Assembly: GCA_964532735.1 (NCBI GenBank) | Contig: CAZHKK010000004.1 | Coordinates: 1-50,362 of the forward strand | Source of the DNA: an uncultured Gammaproteobacteria bacterium | GTDB taxonomy: Bacteria; Patescibacteriota; Patescibacteriia; JAGPKW01 | Direction of reading: 5' to 3' | DNA: 50,362 nt | Shown: positions 1-9,013 of the stretch, in pieces | How the letters are laid out: every line of letters starts with the position of its first letter | Numbering within the stretch: the first letter of the stretch is position 1 | Program-made: the position numbers and the translations under genes | Notes under the pieces: model-generated | What the model saw: only the letters and a program-made list of their open reading frames with translations | Database searches by the model: none | What the model was told of the DNA's origin: nothing

Positions 1-24
1 TTAGGTGAATTATCTTAAATCACG

Positions 25-52
25 CCGAGTATTTTATAATGCTCGGTTTTTT
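25..52 (+). terminator. Rho-independent terminator of a gene ending upstream of the window
   Basis: 9-bp stem CCGAGTATT/AATGCTCGG (one G-U) with loop TTAT, followed by a T6 run. Confidence 0.6.
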
Positions 53-201
53 ATTAAACAAAAACTTATATACAGTCTAATTATTTTTTAATATTAAATG
101 TTTTTTTAATTTTTTAATATTAAATTAGTGTAAAAATTAATTATTTATATTTTTGATATTTGTATAATATTTATATTAAATAATTTTTAATTAATCAAAG
201 A

Positions 202-1731
202 ATGATTTCTAAGGTTTTTTCTTGTGCTGTTATTGGTTTGGAGTCTAGATTGGTTGAAATAGAATCTGATATAGATTTTGGATTTCAAAAGATTTCTATA
301 GTTGGTTTACCAGATGTTTCTGTTAATGAATCAAAAGATAGAATAATATCTGCTTTAAAAAATTCTGGTTATGATTTTCCTAGAAATAAAATAACTATAA
401 ATCTTGCTCCTGCAAATATTCATAAAGCGGGAACTTTGTATGATCTTCCTATTGCTTTGTCTATTCTTATTTCTAATAATCAAATCAGAACTAAAGGTTT
501 TGATTTTGATAAATCTTTATTTATTGGAGAACTTTCTTTAAATGGAAATTTGAGAAAAATAAATGGAGTTTTGTCTTGTTCTATTTTTGCAAAAGAAAAT
601 GGTTTTAAAAATTTATTTATACCAGAAGATAATTCTAAAGAAGCTGGCTTGATAGATGGTATAAATGTTTTTCCTGTTAAAAATTTAAAACAATTAATAG
701 ATTATATTTCTGGAAAAGAAGAGATTAAAATTTTTAAATTTGATAAATATAATTATTTTCAGTCAGAGGATTCTTTTGATGATTCTTTTGATTTTAAATA
801 TATAAAAGGACAAAATCATGCAAAAAGAGCTTTAGAAATTGCTGCTGGTGGTTCTCATAATATTTTATTTTATGGTCCACCTGGTTCTGGTAAAACTATG
901 CTTGCTAGATCTATTGTTACAATATTACCAAAAATGACAGAGAAGGAAATTCTAGAAGTTAGTAGAATATATAGCGTCTCTGGTTTGTTAACGGATAAAC
1001 AACCTATAATAATAAAAAGACCTTTTAGATCTCCACATCATTCTGGATCTTGTGCTTCTATTGTTGGTGGTGGAACTAACCCGAAACCAGGGGAAATAAG
1101 TCTTGCTCATAGAGGAGTTTTGTTTTTAGATGAATTTTCTGAATTTTCTAAAATAGTTTTAGAATCTCTTAGACAACCACTTGAAGATGGTTTTGTGACA
1201 ATATCTAGAACCTCTAGAACATTATCTTTCCCTGCAAATTTTATTTTGGTTGCTAGTTCTAATCCTTGTCCTTGTGGTTTTTTGGGTGATTCTGAAAAAA
1301 AATGTTCTTGTAGTCCATTACAAATTTTAAAATATAAAAATAAAATTTCTGGGCCTATAGCTGATAGAATAGATATGCATGTAGAAGTTCCAAGAATAAA
1401 ATTTGATGAATTATCAAAAGAATCTTTATCAGAAAATTCTGCTTCTATTAAAAAAAGAGTTGAATTGGTTGTTGATATTCAAAAAAATAGATTTAAAAAT
1501 TCTGATATTTTAAATAATTCAGAAATGAAAAATAAACATTTAAAAGAATTCTGTAAATTAGATGATGTATGTTTAGATCTTTTAAAAAATGCTGTTGCCA
1601 GTTTAAATTTATCAGGAAGGGCTTATAGTAGAGTTTTAAAACTTGCTAGAACTATTGCAGATTTTGATAACAAAGAAAATATTGAAATACATCATGTTTC
1701 CGAGGCTTTACAATATAGAAAAAGGGAATAA
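202..1731 (+). CDS. comM: ComM/YifB-family Mg-chelatase-like AAA+ protein
   Basis: The N-terminal Lon-like domain begins MISKVFSCAV..G. The AAA+ module has Walker A GPPGSGKT and Walker B GVLFLDEF, and the tail is the ChlI-like type (RAYSRVLKLARTIAD). Length 509 aa is typical. Confidence 0.85.
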   Translation: MISKVFSCAVIGLESRLVEIESDIDFGFQKISIVGLPDVSVNESKDRIISALKNSGYDFPRNKITINLAPANIHKAGTLYDLPIALSILISNNQIRTKGFDFDKSLFIGELSLNGNLRKINGVLSCSIFAKENGFKNLFIPEDNSKEAGLIDGINVFPVKNLKQLIDYISGKEEIKIFKFDKYNYFQSEDSFDDSFDFKYIKGQNHAKRALEIAAGGSHNILFYGPPGSGKTMLARSIVTILPKMTEKEILEVSRIYSVSGLLTDKQPIIIKRPFRSPHHSGSCASIVGGGTNPKPGEISLAHRGVLFLDEFSEFSKIVLESLRQPLEDGFVTISRTSRTLSFPANFILVASSNPCPCGFLGDSEKKCSCSPLQILKYKNKISGPIADRIDMHVEVPRIKFDELSKESLSENSASIKKRVELVVDIQKNRFKNSDILNNSEMKNKHLKEFCKLDDVCLDLLKNAVASLNLSGRAYSRVLKLARTIADFDNKENIEIHHVSEALQYRKRE

Positions 1732-1756
1732 TTAAAAAATCAAAATTTAGATTTTT

Positions 1757-2860
1757 ATGAATAAATATCTTTTGTTTTTTCAAAAAATTAATAAAATAGG
1801 ATTAAAAACAATTATTTCTATGATTGATTTTTTTGGATCAATTAATGATGCTTTTTCTGCCTCTTATTTTGATTTTAAAAAATTTGGTTTATCAGAAAAT
1901 ATTATTCAAGAAATTTTAGACAAAAGAAAAAATTTTAATTTTAATGAAGAAATTGAAAAATATAAAAAATTTAGTATTAATATAATTTCATATTTTGATA
2001 GTGATTATCCTAATATTCTTAAAAATATTCCAAATCCTCCTTTGATGATTTTTTATAAAGGTAATATAAATAGTATTTCAAAAAATATTGCTGTTGTTGG
2101 TTCTAGAGATTGTAGTGATTATGGTGTTTCTGTTGCTCGTGATTTTTGTAATTATTTTGTAAATCAAAATATTGTTATTGTATCTGGTGGTGCTATTGGT
2201 ATTGATTCTGTTTCTCATGAGGTTTGTATTAAAAAAAATTTTCCTACAATTTCTGTTATGGGTGCTGGTTTAGATATTGTTTATCCTTATAAAAATAAAT
2301 ATTTGTTTGAAAAAATAATTGAAAATAATGGACTTATTGTTTCGGAGTTTCCTATAGGAATTAATGCATTTCCTCAAAATTTTGTTATGAGGAATAGAAT
2401 TATAGCGGGATTATCTTCTGGGGTTTTAATTGTGGAAGCTGGAATAAAATCTGGAACAATGACAACTGCAGAATTTGCTATAAATCAAAATAAGAATGTT
2501 TTTGTTGTTCCTGGTAGTATTTATAGTAATTTTTCTGCTGGAACAAATTATCTTATTAAAAATGGAGCTATATTTGTTACTGATCCAAAAGATATAGAAG
2601 AAATGATTTGGGGAGTAAGTCAAAATGAAAGACAAAAAGTAAAAAATGAAATTGAAAATAAAAATGAAATTGATATTTCTTGGATGAATGATGATGAAAA
2701 AAATATTTTTAATTTAATTTCTTATAAATCAAAAAATATAGAAAATATTATTTTAGAATCTAATGTAGATATTAAAAAAATTAATTCTATTTTAACTCTT
2801 TTTGAAATTAAAGGATTTATTGTAAATATAGGGGGAATGAATTATATAAGAGTAAAATAA
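1757..2860 (+). CDS. dprA: DNA-processing protein DprA (Smf)
   Basis: The Rossmann-like DprA core is present (VVGSRDCSDYG, VSGGAIGIDS, SGTMTTAEFAINQNK.VF.VPG). It sits immediately upstream of topA, the classical synteny. Confidence 0.85.
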   Translation: MNKYLLFFQKINKIGLKTIISMIDFFGSINDAFSASYFDFKKFGLSENIIQEILDKRKNFNFNEEIEKYKKFSINIISYFDSDYPNILKNIPNPPLMIFYKGNINSISKNIAVVGSRDCSDYGVSVARDFCNYFVNQNIVIVSGGAIGIDSVSHEVCIKKNFPTISVMGAGLDIVYPYKNKYLFEKIIENNGLIVSEFPIGINAFPQNFVMRNRIIAGLSSGVLIVEAGIKSGTMTTAEFAINQNKNVFVVPGSIYSNFSAGTNYLIKNGAIFVTDPKDIEEMIWGVSQNERQKVKNEIENKNEIDISWMNDDEKNIFNLISYKSKNIENIILESNVDIKKINSILTLFEIKGFIVNIGGMNYIRVK

Positions 2861-2944
2861 TTTAAAAAAAGTTATTAAATATTAGACATTATTATTTATA
2901 TTCTGCTATATTATTTAGGTGATTAATTTATAAATTCAAATTTA

Positions 2945-5194
2945 ATGAATCTTGTTATTGTAGAATCTCCAACAAAAGCTAAAACTATATCTAAGTTTTT
3001 AAACAAAGATTTTGTTATAAAAGCTTCAATAGGTCATGTTCGTGATTTGCCAAAATCTAACATGGGTATTGATATTGAAAAAGATTTTGAACCTAAATAT
3101 GAGGTATCAAAAGATAAAACAAAAGTTGTAAAAGAATTAAAACAATTATCAAAAGAAGCTGATGAGGTTTATTTTGCAACCGATGAGGATCGTGAAGGAG
3201 AGGCAATAACTTGGCATTTGGCATATTTGTTAGGTATTCCAAATAATAAAATAAAAAGAATTTGTTTTCATGAAATTACAAAAGATGCTATTTTAAATGC
3301 TTTAGAAAAACCTAGAAAAATAGATCAAAATTTAGTTGATGCTCAACAAGCAAGAAGAGTTCTTGATAGACTTGTTGGTTATGAACTTTCTCCATTTTTA
3401 TGGAAAAAGGTTTATTATGGTTTGTCTGCTGGACGTGTTCAATCTGTAGCTGTTAGGTTAATTGTTGAAAGAGAACTAGAAAGAGAAAAATTTAACAAAG
3501 AAGAATATTGGACTATTAAAGGTGTTTTTGAAAACAGAAATCAAGAAAAAATAAACTCAGAACTTAATAAAATTAGTAATAAAAAATTAGAAAAATTTGA
3601 TATTAAGAATGATAAAGATGCTAATAAAATAAAAAACGATTTAGATAGTTTGGAATTTAAAATTGTTAATATTAATGAAAAGAATTCTAAAAAAAGTGTT
3701 CCAACTCCTTTTACTACTAGTACGCTACAACAAGAAGCTGCAAATAAATTTGGGTATTCTGCAAAAAATACAATGAGAATAGCTCAACAATTATATGAAG
3801 GTATAAATATTGGAAAAGATGGACAAGTTGGTCTTATAACATATATGAGAACGGATTCTGTTAATTTGTCCGAATTTTTTATGACTCAAGCAAAAGAATA
3901 TATTATAAAAAATTATGGAAAAGAATATTATAATGGGTCTTTTAGATTGTTTAAGACAAAATCAAAAATGGCTCAAGAGGCTCATGAAGCTATTAGACCT
4001 ACTTTTGTAAATAATAGTCCAGAATTAATAAAACAATTTTTAGAACCCGAACAATATAAATTGTATAAATTAATTTGGGATAGAAGTGTTGCTACTCAAA
4101 TGAAGGATGCAGAAAGTAAAACAGTTTCTTATGATATAGAAGATGATAAAAAAAATTATTCTTTTAGAGCGAGTGGAACAACTATTGTTTTTGATGGTTT
4201 TATAAAAGTATACTCTAGAGCAGGGGAAGATAATATTCTTCCAGAAGTTGAAATAGGAGAATTAGTTAAATTAAATAATGTTTCTTGCGACCAACATTTT
4301 ACAGAACCACCTGCTAGATATAATGATGCTGGTCTTATTAAGGCTCTTGAAGAAAATGGTGTTGGAAGACCTTCTACTTATGCAAGTATTACAAGCACTA
4401 TTCTTGAAAGAAATTATGTAGAAAAAGATGAATCAAAAAGATATTTTCCAACAGATACTGGAAGATTGGTTAATAAAATTTTGTGTGATCATTTTCCTGA
4501 AATAGTAGATGTTCATTTTACTGCAAAAATGGAAGATGGTTTTGATGAAATTGCTACAGGAGATAAAGATTGGAGACCTTTTATAAAAAATTTTTATACT
4601 CCTTTTAAAAGTAATTTAGAAAAAAAGGATAAAGAACTTGATAAAAAACAATTAACCGAAGAACCTTCTGAAGAGAAATGTGAGAAATGTGGTGCTAATA
4701 TGATTATAAAACATGGAAGATTTGGTAAGTTTTATGCTTGTTCTAATTATCCAGAATGTAAAAACACAAAAGAAATAGGTGTTGATGGAAAACAAGAAGA
4801 AGAGGAAATTTTAGAAGAAAAATGTGAACTTTGTGGGGCTAATATGGCTGTTAAGCGTGGTAGATATGGTAAATTTATTGCTTGTTCTAATTATCCAGAA
4901 TGTAAAAATATTAAAAAACAAGCCAATGGAACTGGTATAAAATGTTTGAAATGTGGTGAAGGAGAAATGGTTCAAAAAAGAAGTAGATTTGGGTTTTTTT
5001 ATAGTTGTTCTAATTATCCAAAATGTAATTATATTTTATCAAATAAACCTGTTCCAAGTGATGATGATTCAACAAAAATAGCTTTATGTAAAAAATGTGG
5101 TTCAGGTCTTGTTTATTATGGAAAAGATGGAGACAAAATTAAATGTTCTAATAGAGATTGTGTTGATAGTAATAGTAGAAAAAAGAAAAATTAA
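2945..5194 (+). CDS. topA: DNA topoisomerase I
   Basis: A TOPRIM N-terminus (LVIVESPTKAKTI, ATDEDREGEAI) and catalytic region (GLITYMRTDS) are present. The C-terminus carries four C4 zinc ribbons (e.g. CEKCGANM..ACSNYPEC). Confidence 0.95.
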   Translation: MNLVIVESPTKAKTISKFLNKDFVIKASIGHVRDLPKSNMGIDIEKDFEPKYEVSKDKTKVVKELKQLSKEADEVYFATDEDREGEAITWHLAYLLGIPNNKIKRICFHEITKDAILNALEKPRKIDQNLVDAQQARRVLDRLVGYELSPFLWKKVYYGLSAGRVQSVAVRLIVERELEREKFNKEEYWTIKGVFENRNQEKINSELNKISNKKLEKFDIKNDKDANKIKNDLDSLEFKIVNINEKNSKKSVPTPFTTSTLQQEAANKFGYSAKNTMRIAQQLYEGINIGKDGQVGLITYMRTDSVNLSEFFMTQAKEYIIKNYGKEYYNGSFRLFKTKSKMAQEAHEAIRPTFVNNSPELIKQFLEPEQYKLYKLIWDRSVATQMKDAESKTVSYDIEDDKKNYSFRASGTTIVFDGFIKVYSRAGEDNILPEVEIGELVKLNNVSCDQHFTEPPARYNDAGLIKALEENGVGRPSTYASITSTILERNYVEKDESKRYFPTDTGRLVNKILCDHFPEIVDVHFTAKMEDGFDEIATGDKDWRPFIKNFYTPFKSNLEKKDKELDKKQLTEEPSEEKCEKCGANMIIKHGRFGKFYACSNYPECKNTKEIGVDGKQEEEEILEEKCELCGANMAVKRGRYGKFIACSNYPECKNIKKQANGTGIKCLKCGEGEMVQKRSRFGFFYSCSNYPKCNYILSNKPVPSDDDSTKIALCKKCGSGLVYYGKDGDKIKCSNRDCVDSNSRKKKN

Positions 5195-5202
5195 TTTATT
5201 TT

Positions 5203-6624
5203 ATGGAAAAACAGCTTCAAGAACTTATTGATTTAATGGTTTCTAATAATATAGAATTTGATTTAAAAAAAATTGAGGAAGCTTTTTATTTTGCAAAAAC
5301 AAAACATGAGGGTCAATTGAGAATGTCTGGAGAGCCTTATTTTAATCATGTTTTTGCTACTGCTAAAATTTTAGCTGAAAATATTTTTCCAGAGGATATA
5401 ATTATTTCTGGTTTATTACACGATGTATTGGAAGATACTGATGCAAATGTTGATGATATTAAAAAAATGTTTGGTAAAAATGTTGCATATATTGTTGAGG
5501 GTGTTACAAAGTTGGGAAAAATAAAATATAGAGGCAAGGAAAGATATGCTGAAAACTTAAGAAAAATGCTTACAAAAGCTGCTTCTAATGCAGGGGTTCT
5601 TTATGTTAAGTTTGCTGATAGGATTCATAATTTACAAACATTAGAATATCATAATAAACCAGAAAAAATAGAAAGAATTGCTAAAGAAAGTTTGGAAATA
5701 TATTCTAAAATAGCTAATAGGCTGAATATTGGTAATATGCAATGTCAATTAGAAGATCTATCTTTTAAATTTTTAGAACCAGAAGAATATAAAAAAGTTG
5801 AAAAAATATTACAACAAGAGCAAGCAAAAAATAGTAAATATATTAATGGAATTATTAAGAAAATAAGTAAATTGCTTTACGAAAATAATATTAAAGATTT
5901 TCAAGTTCAGGGAAGAGTAAAACATATTTATAGTTTGTATAAAAAATTACAGAAAAAAAATTTTGATATGTCTCAAGTTTATGATATTCATGCAGTTAGG
6001 GTTTTAGTAAAAGATGAAACAGACTGTTATAGAGTATTGGGTGTTATACATAAAAATTATAAACCAATGCCTGGAAGAATAAAAGATTATATTGCTATTC
6101 CAAAACCGAATGGATATGAATCTATTCATACAACTATATTTTGTGATAAAAACAAAATTACAGAAGTTCAAGTTAGAACATTTGATATGCATAATAAAAA
6201 CGAATTTGGTATTTCTTCACATGCAGGATATAAGGACAAAAGGATGAATCTTGATTGGCTTAAAAATTTAGAATCTATTCATAAAGAATCAAAAGATGAT
6301 GATGATTTTATAGAATCTTTAAAGTTAGACTTGTTTCAAAATAGAATATTTGTTTTAACTCCAAATGGTGATGCTATAGATTTACCTGATGGTGCCACTC
6401 CTGTTGATTTTGCTTATAGGGTTCATAGTTCTTTGGGTAATAAGTGTTATCAAGCAAAAATTAATGGAAAAATAGCAACTTTGGATTATCACTTGAAAAA
6501 TGGTGATGTTGTAGAAATAATTAAAAAGAAAAATGAAGAACCTCAAAAGAATTGGTTAATGTTTGTTAAAACTTCAAATGCTAGAACTACAATAAAAAAA
6601 TGGCTTAAAAATAAACATGAATAA
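5203..6624 (+). CDS. rel: RelA/SpoT-homologue (p)ppGpp synthetase/hydrolase, short form ending after the TGS domain
   Basis: It has an HD hydrolase motif (HDVLEDT), synthetase motifs (GRVKHIYSLYKKL, DYIAIPKPNGYESIHT, EVQVRT) and a TGS domain (IFVLTPNGDAIDLP..DFAY.VH). At 473 aa there is no room for the usual C-terminal domains. Confidence 0.85.
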   Translation: MEKQLQELIDLMVSNNIEFDLKKIEEAFYFAKTKHEGQLRMSGEPYFNHVFATAKILAENIFPEDIIISGLLHDVLEDTDANVDDIKKMFGKNVAYIVEGVTKLGKIKYRGKERYAENLRKMLTKAASNAGVLYVKFADRIHNLQTLEYHNKPEKIERIAKESLEIYSKIANRLNIGNMQCQLEDLSFKFLEPEEYKKVEKILQQEQAKNSKYINGIIKKISKLLYENNIKDFQVQGRVKHIYSLYKKLQKKNFDMSQVYDIHAVRVLVKDETDCYRVLGVIHKNYKPMPGRIKDYIAIPKPNGYESIHTTIFCDKNKITEVQVRTFDMHNKNEFGISSHAGYKDKRMNLDWLKNLESIHKESKDDDDFIESLKLDLFQNRIFVLTPNGDAIDLPDGATPVDFAYRVHSSLGNKCYQAKINGKIATLDYHLKNGDVVEIIKKKNEEPQKNWLMFVKTSNARTTIKKWLKNKHE

Positions 6625-6649
6625 TGTTTATTTTTTTGTTGATATTTTT

Positions 6650-6678
6650 TTGTAATGTTTTGGTAAAAATGATATAAT
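6650..6678 (+). promoter_or_regulatory. Sigma70-type promoter for parB
   Basis: TTGTAA, 17-nt spacer, TATAAT with an extended -10 TGA, lying 36 nt upstream of the parB start. Confidence 0.5.
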
Positions 6679-6713
6679 ATTGTGGAACGTAGAACTAAGA
6701 ATTAATAAAAAGT

Positions 6714-7586
6714 ATGACTATAAAAAAGGTTGCAGATAAAAAACAAACAGATGTTCAAAAAAAAATTGAATCTTCACAATTGGGAGATAAAATTTTGAAA
6801 GTAAAAATAATGGATATTCTTCTTAATCCTAGACAACCAAGAAGAACATTTAGCGAAGAATCTATAAAATCTTTATCAGAGTCTATAAAACAGTATGGTG
6901 TTTTACAACCTCTTGTTGTTATCAAAAGTGGTGAAAATTCTTATGAACTTATTGCTGGTGAAAGAAGATTGAGAGCTTCAAGAATGGCTGGTTTGTCAGA
7001 AGTTCCTGCTATTCTTAAAGAAAATGATTATGATGATCAAAAAAAATTAGAAGTTGCTTTGATAGAAAATATTCAAAGAGAAGATTTGAATGATATTGAT
7101 GAAGCTGAAGCTTATAAAGAGTTAATGAATGAATTTGGTTTATCTCAGGATGATGTCGCATTAAAGGTTGGTATTTCAAGATCTGCTGTTGCAAACAAAA
7201 TAAGACTTTTAAAACTTCCAGAAGAAATTATAAACGATATAAGAGGTGGTGGTCTTGATGCCGGTCATGCAAAACTTTTACTTAGTTTAGAAAATATAGA
7301 ACTCCAATTAAATACTTGGAAAAAAATAAAAGAACAAAATTTAACAGTTAGAGAACTTGATGCTGTTGTTAAAAAAACTAGACCTGACAAAAAATGGAGA
7401 TCTCTTGCTGTTGTAAAAGATGATAAGACAAAAGAAGAAGAACAAAAATTAAAAGATGTTTTTAATACTAGAGTATCTGTTGTTAAAAGAGGTAATGGTG
7501 CAAAAATTGTTTTTAATTTTTATTCTAAAGAAGATTTTGATGATTTTATGAAAAAAATAGAAGATTTTGATTATATAAATATATAA
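6714..7586 (+). CDS. parB: Chromosome partitioning protein ParB/Spo0J
   Basis: ParB box motifs are present (NPRQPRR, LQPLVV, ELIAGERRLRA, IENIQREDL) along with an HTH region (LSQDDVALKVGISRSAVAN). Confidence 0.85.
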   Translation: MTIKKVADKKQTDVQKKIESSQLGDKILKVKIMDILLNPRQPRRTFSEESIKSLSESIKQYGVLQPLVVIKSGENSYELIAGERRLRASRMAGLSEVPAILKENDYDDQKKLEVALIENIQREDLNDIDEAEAYKELMNEFGLSQDDVALKVGISRSAVANKIRLLKLPEEIINDIRGGGLDAGHAKLLLSLENIELQLNTWKKIKEQNLTVRELDAVVKKTRPDKKWRSLAVVKDDKTKEEEQKLKDVFNTRVSVVKRGNGAKIVFNFYSKEDFDDFMKKIEDFDYINI

Positions 7587-7675
7587 ATTATTTATTGCTT
7601 ATTTTTTTCTTTAATGATATATGTTTTATAATGTTTAAGTTTAATTTAAACCATTTAAAAATTAATTTTAATTTT

Positions 7676-8182
7676 ATGGAAAACGATGATTTACAAAGGA
7701 CTCTTGTTTTATTAAAACCAGATGCTGTTCAAAGAGGTTTAATAGGAAGAATAATTCAAAGGTTTGAAGATGTTGGTATAAAAATTGTTGGAATGAAAAT
7801 GGTTTTAGTTGATGAAAGATTAGCTAATGAACATTATAATGATCTTGGAGTTAGAAGAGGTGAGGATGTAAAAAAAAGAGTTGTAGATATGCTTACAAAA
7901 TTGGGACCAGTTGTTGCTCTTGCATTAGAAGGTATTGATGTAATTGAAGAAGTTAGAATGATGATTGGTTCAACGGAACCAAAAGCGGCTCAACCTGGAA
8001 CAATAAGAGGAGATTTTTCTCATATTAGTTATGATTATGCAAACAAAAAAGGCATTGGTGTTAAAAACGTAATACATTCTTCTGATACTTTAGAGTCTGC
8101 TCAAAGAGAACTTATGTTGTGGTTTAGTTTTGATGAGTTATATAAATATAAAACTGTTAATGATATCCATATATTAGAATAA
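7676..8182 (+). CDS. ndk: Nucleoside diphosphate kinase
   Basis: NDK motifs are present (RTLVLLKPDAVQRGL, GTIRGDF, NVIHSSD with the active-site His). The track ORF begins at a TTG (7595) with a Phe/Asn-rich junk extension, and ATG 7676 starts the conserved part. Confidence 0.8.
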   Translation: MENDDLQRTLVLLKPDAVQRGLIGRIIQRFEDVGIKIVGMKMVLVDERLANEHYNDLGVRRGEDVKKRVVDMLTKLGPVVALALEGIDVIEEVRMMIGSTEPKAAQPGTIRGDFSHISYDYANKKGIGVKNVIHSSDTLESAQRELMLWFSFDELYKYKTVNDIHILE

Positions 8183-8284
8183 AATAATAAAATACGAGAA
8201 TTTTTCTCGTATTTTTTGTTTATTTATATTATGATATAATAAAGATACAAGTAATAAGAGATTTTATATATTAATTTATAGATT

Positions 8285-8686
8285 ATGTTTAAAAAAATAT
8301 TTAGTTTATTTTTATTAGTTATTTCTTTGTTTAGTTTTAATTTTGTTTTTTCTGCTGATTTTGGGAGTATGGATAAGATAATTGGTAGTGATGGTCAACT
8401 TTCTGAATCTTCAAAAACAATAGCAGGGGATACTTTAAATACAGAAAAAACAGTTCCTGATATGGTTTCTAGTATTATAAAAATAGCTCTTGGTTTGTTC
8501 GGGACTGTTGCTTTAATTTTTGTTATTTGGGGGGGTGTTGATTGGTTATTATCAAAGGGTGATTCTAAAAAGATTGGTGATGCTAGAAATAGAATGGTTG
8601 CAGCAGCTATTGGATTAGCAATTATTGCTGCAGCTTATGCAATTACAGACTTTATAATATCTCAAATATCTATTATTGCTGGTTAA
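8285..8686 (+). CDS. Small secreted membrane protein with VirB2/TrbC-pilin-like topology (function unknown)
   Basis: It has a Sec signal peptide (MFKKIFSLFLLVISLFSFNFVFSA) and two C-terminal TM helices separated by a basic loop (WLLSKGDSKKIGDARNR). It has its own terminator downstream. Confidence 0.5.
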   Translation: MFKKIFSLFLLVISLFSFNFVFSADFGSMDKIIGSDGQLSESSKTIAGDTLNTEKTVPDMVSSIIKIALGLFGTVALIFVIWGGVDWLLSKGDSKKIGDARNRMVAAAIGLAIIAAAYAITDFIISQISIIAG

Positions 8687-8717
8687 AATATATATTGTTC
8701 AAAAAAGTTGTTCATTT

Positions 8718-8748
8718 AAAAGTGTTGTTTTTACAACACTTTTTAGTT
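8718..8748 (+). terminator. Rho-independent terminator after the 133-aa gene
   Basis: 11-bp stem AAAAGTGTTGT/ACAACACTTTT with loop TTTT and a T-rich tail. Confidence 0.65.
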
Positions 8749-8765
8749 TGTTTTATATATTTATA

Positions 8766-8794
8766 TTTACAAAATGTCAAAAAAATGGTATAAT
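8766..8794 (+). promoter_or_regulatory. Near-consensus sigma70 promoter with no ORF behind it
   Basis: TTTACA, 17-nt spacer, TATAAT with an extended -10 TGG. Downstream, ATG TGA and ATG AGT TGA stop immediately. Confidence 0.55.
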
Positions 8795-8800
8795 TTCTTA

Positions 8801-9013
8801 TGTGATGAGTTGAAGAACTTTTTCACAAACGAAACAAAAACAAAAAATTTTTTGCTAAACAAAATATTGTTTGACAAAAAATCGGTAAAAGAATTTTATA
8901 AATAAATTATTTGTGAAATTCTAAATAAAATTTAGTTTTGAAAGTTATTGTGAACTTTCTACGAGATTTTTTATTACCTTCGTGATGTTTCGGTCCCGAA
9001 GATTTTTTATTTT
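8801..9013 (+). ncRNA. Candidate structured non-coding transcript or leader (class unknown)
   Basis: The region starts about 7 nt after the 8789-8794 -10 box. It contains a 9-bp long-range pairing (8821-8829 TTTCACAAA with 8910-8918 TTTGTGAAA) and hairpins at 8921-8935 and 8940-8959. Two alternative left arms (CTTCG 8978-8982, TTTCG 8988-8992) compete for CGAAG 8997-9001, followed by a U-tract at 9003-9013. Confidence 0.3.

Noticed and set aside
84-125. 16-nt direct repeat TTTTTTAATATTAAAT (84-99 and 110-125) upstream of comM
   Set aside because: It is pure A/T low-complexity sequence in an AT-rich spacer, so chance repetition is plausible and no linked regulator is evident.
7595-7675. N-terminal extensions from non-ATG starts in the ORF track (ndk 7595, Rrf2 21636, rpsE 38499, the 188-aa gene 18846, the 81-aa gene 13601)
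   Set aside because: The extensions are Phe/Ile/Asn-rich and unconserved-looking. Internal ATGs coincide with the start of homology, or follow a Shine-Dalgarno (18858 and 13595).
8801-9013. Assignment of the orphan transcript to known riboswitch classes (c-di-AMP/ydaO, guanidine/ykkC and mini-ykkC, T-box, preQ1)
   Set aside because: Only trivial matches were seen (two ACGA tetranucleotides and a GGUCCCGAAG stretch). The G-rich conserved cores of these classes are absent.
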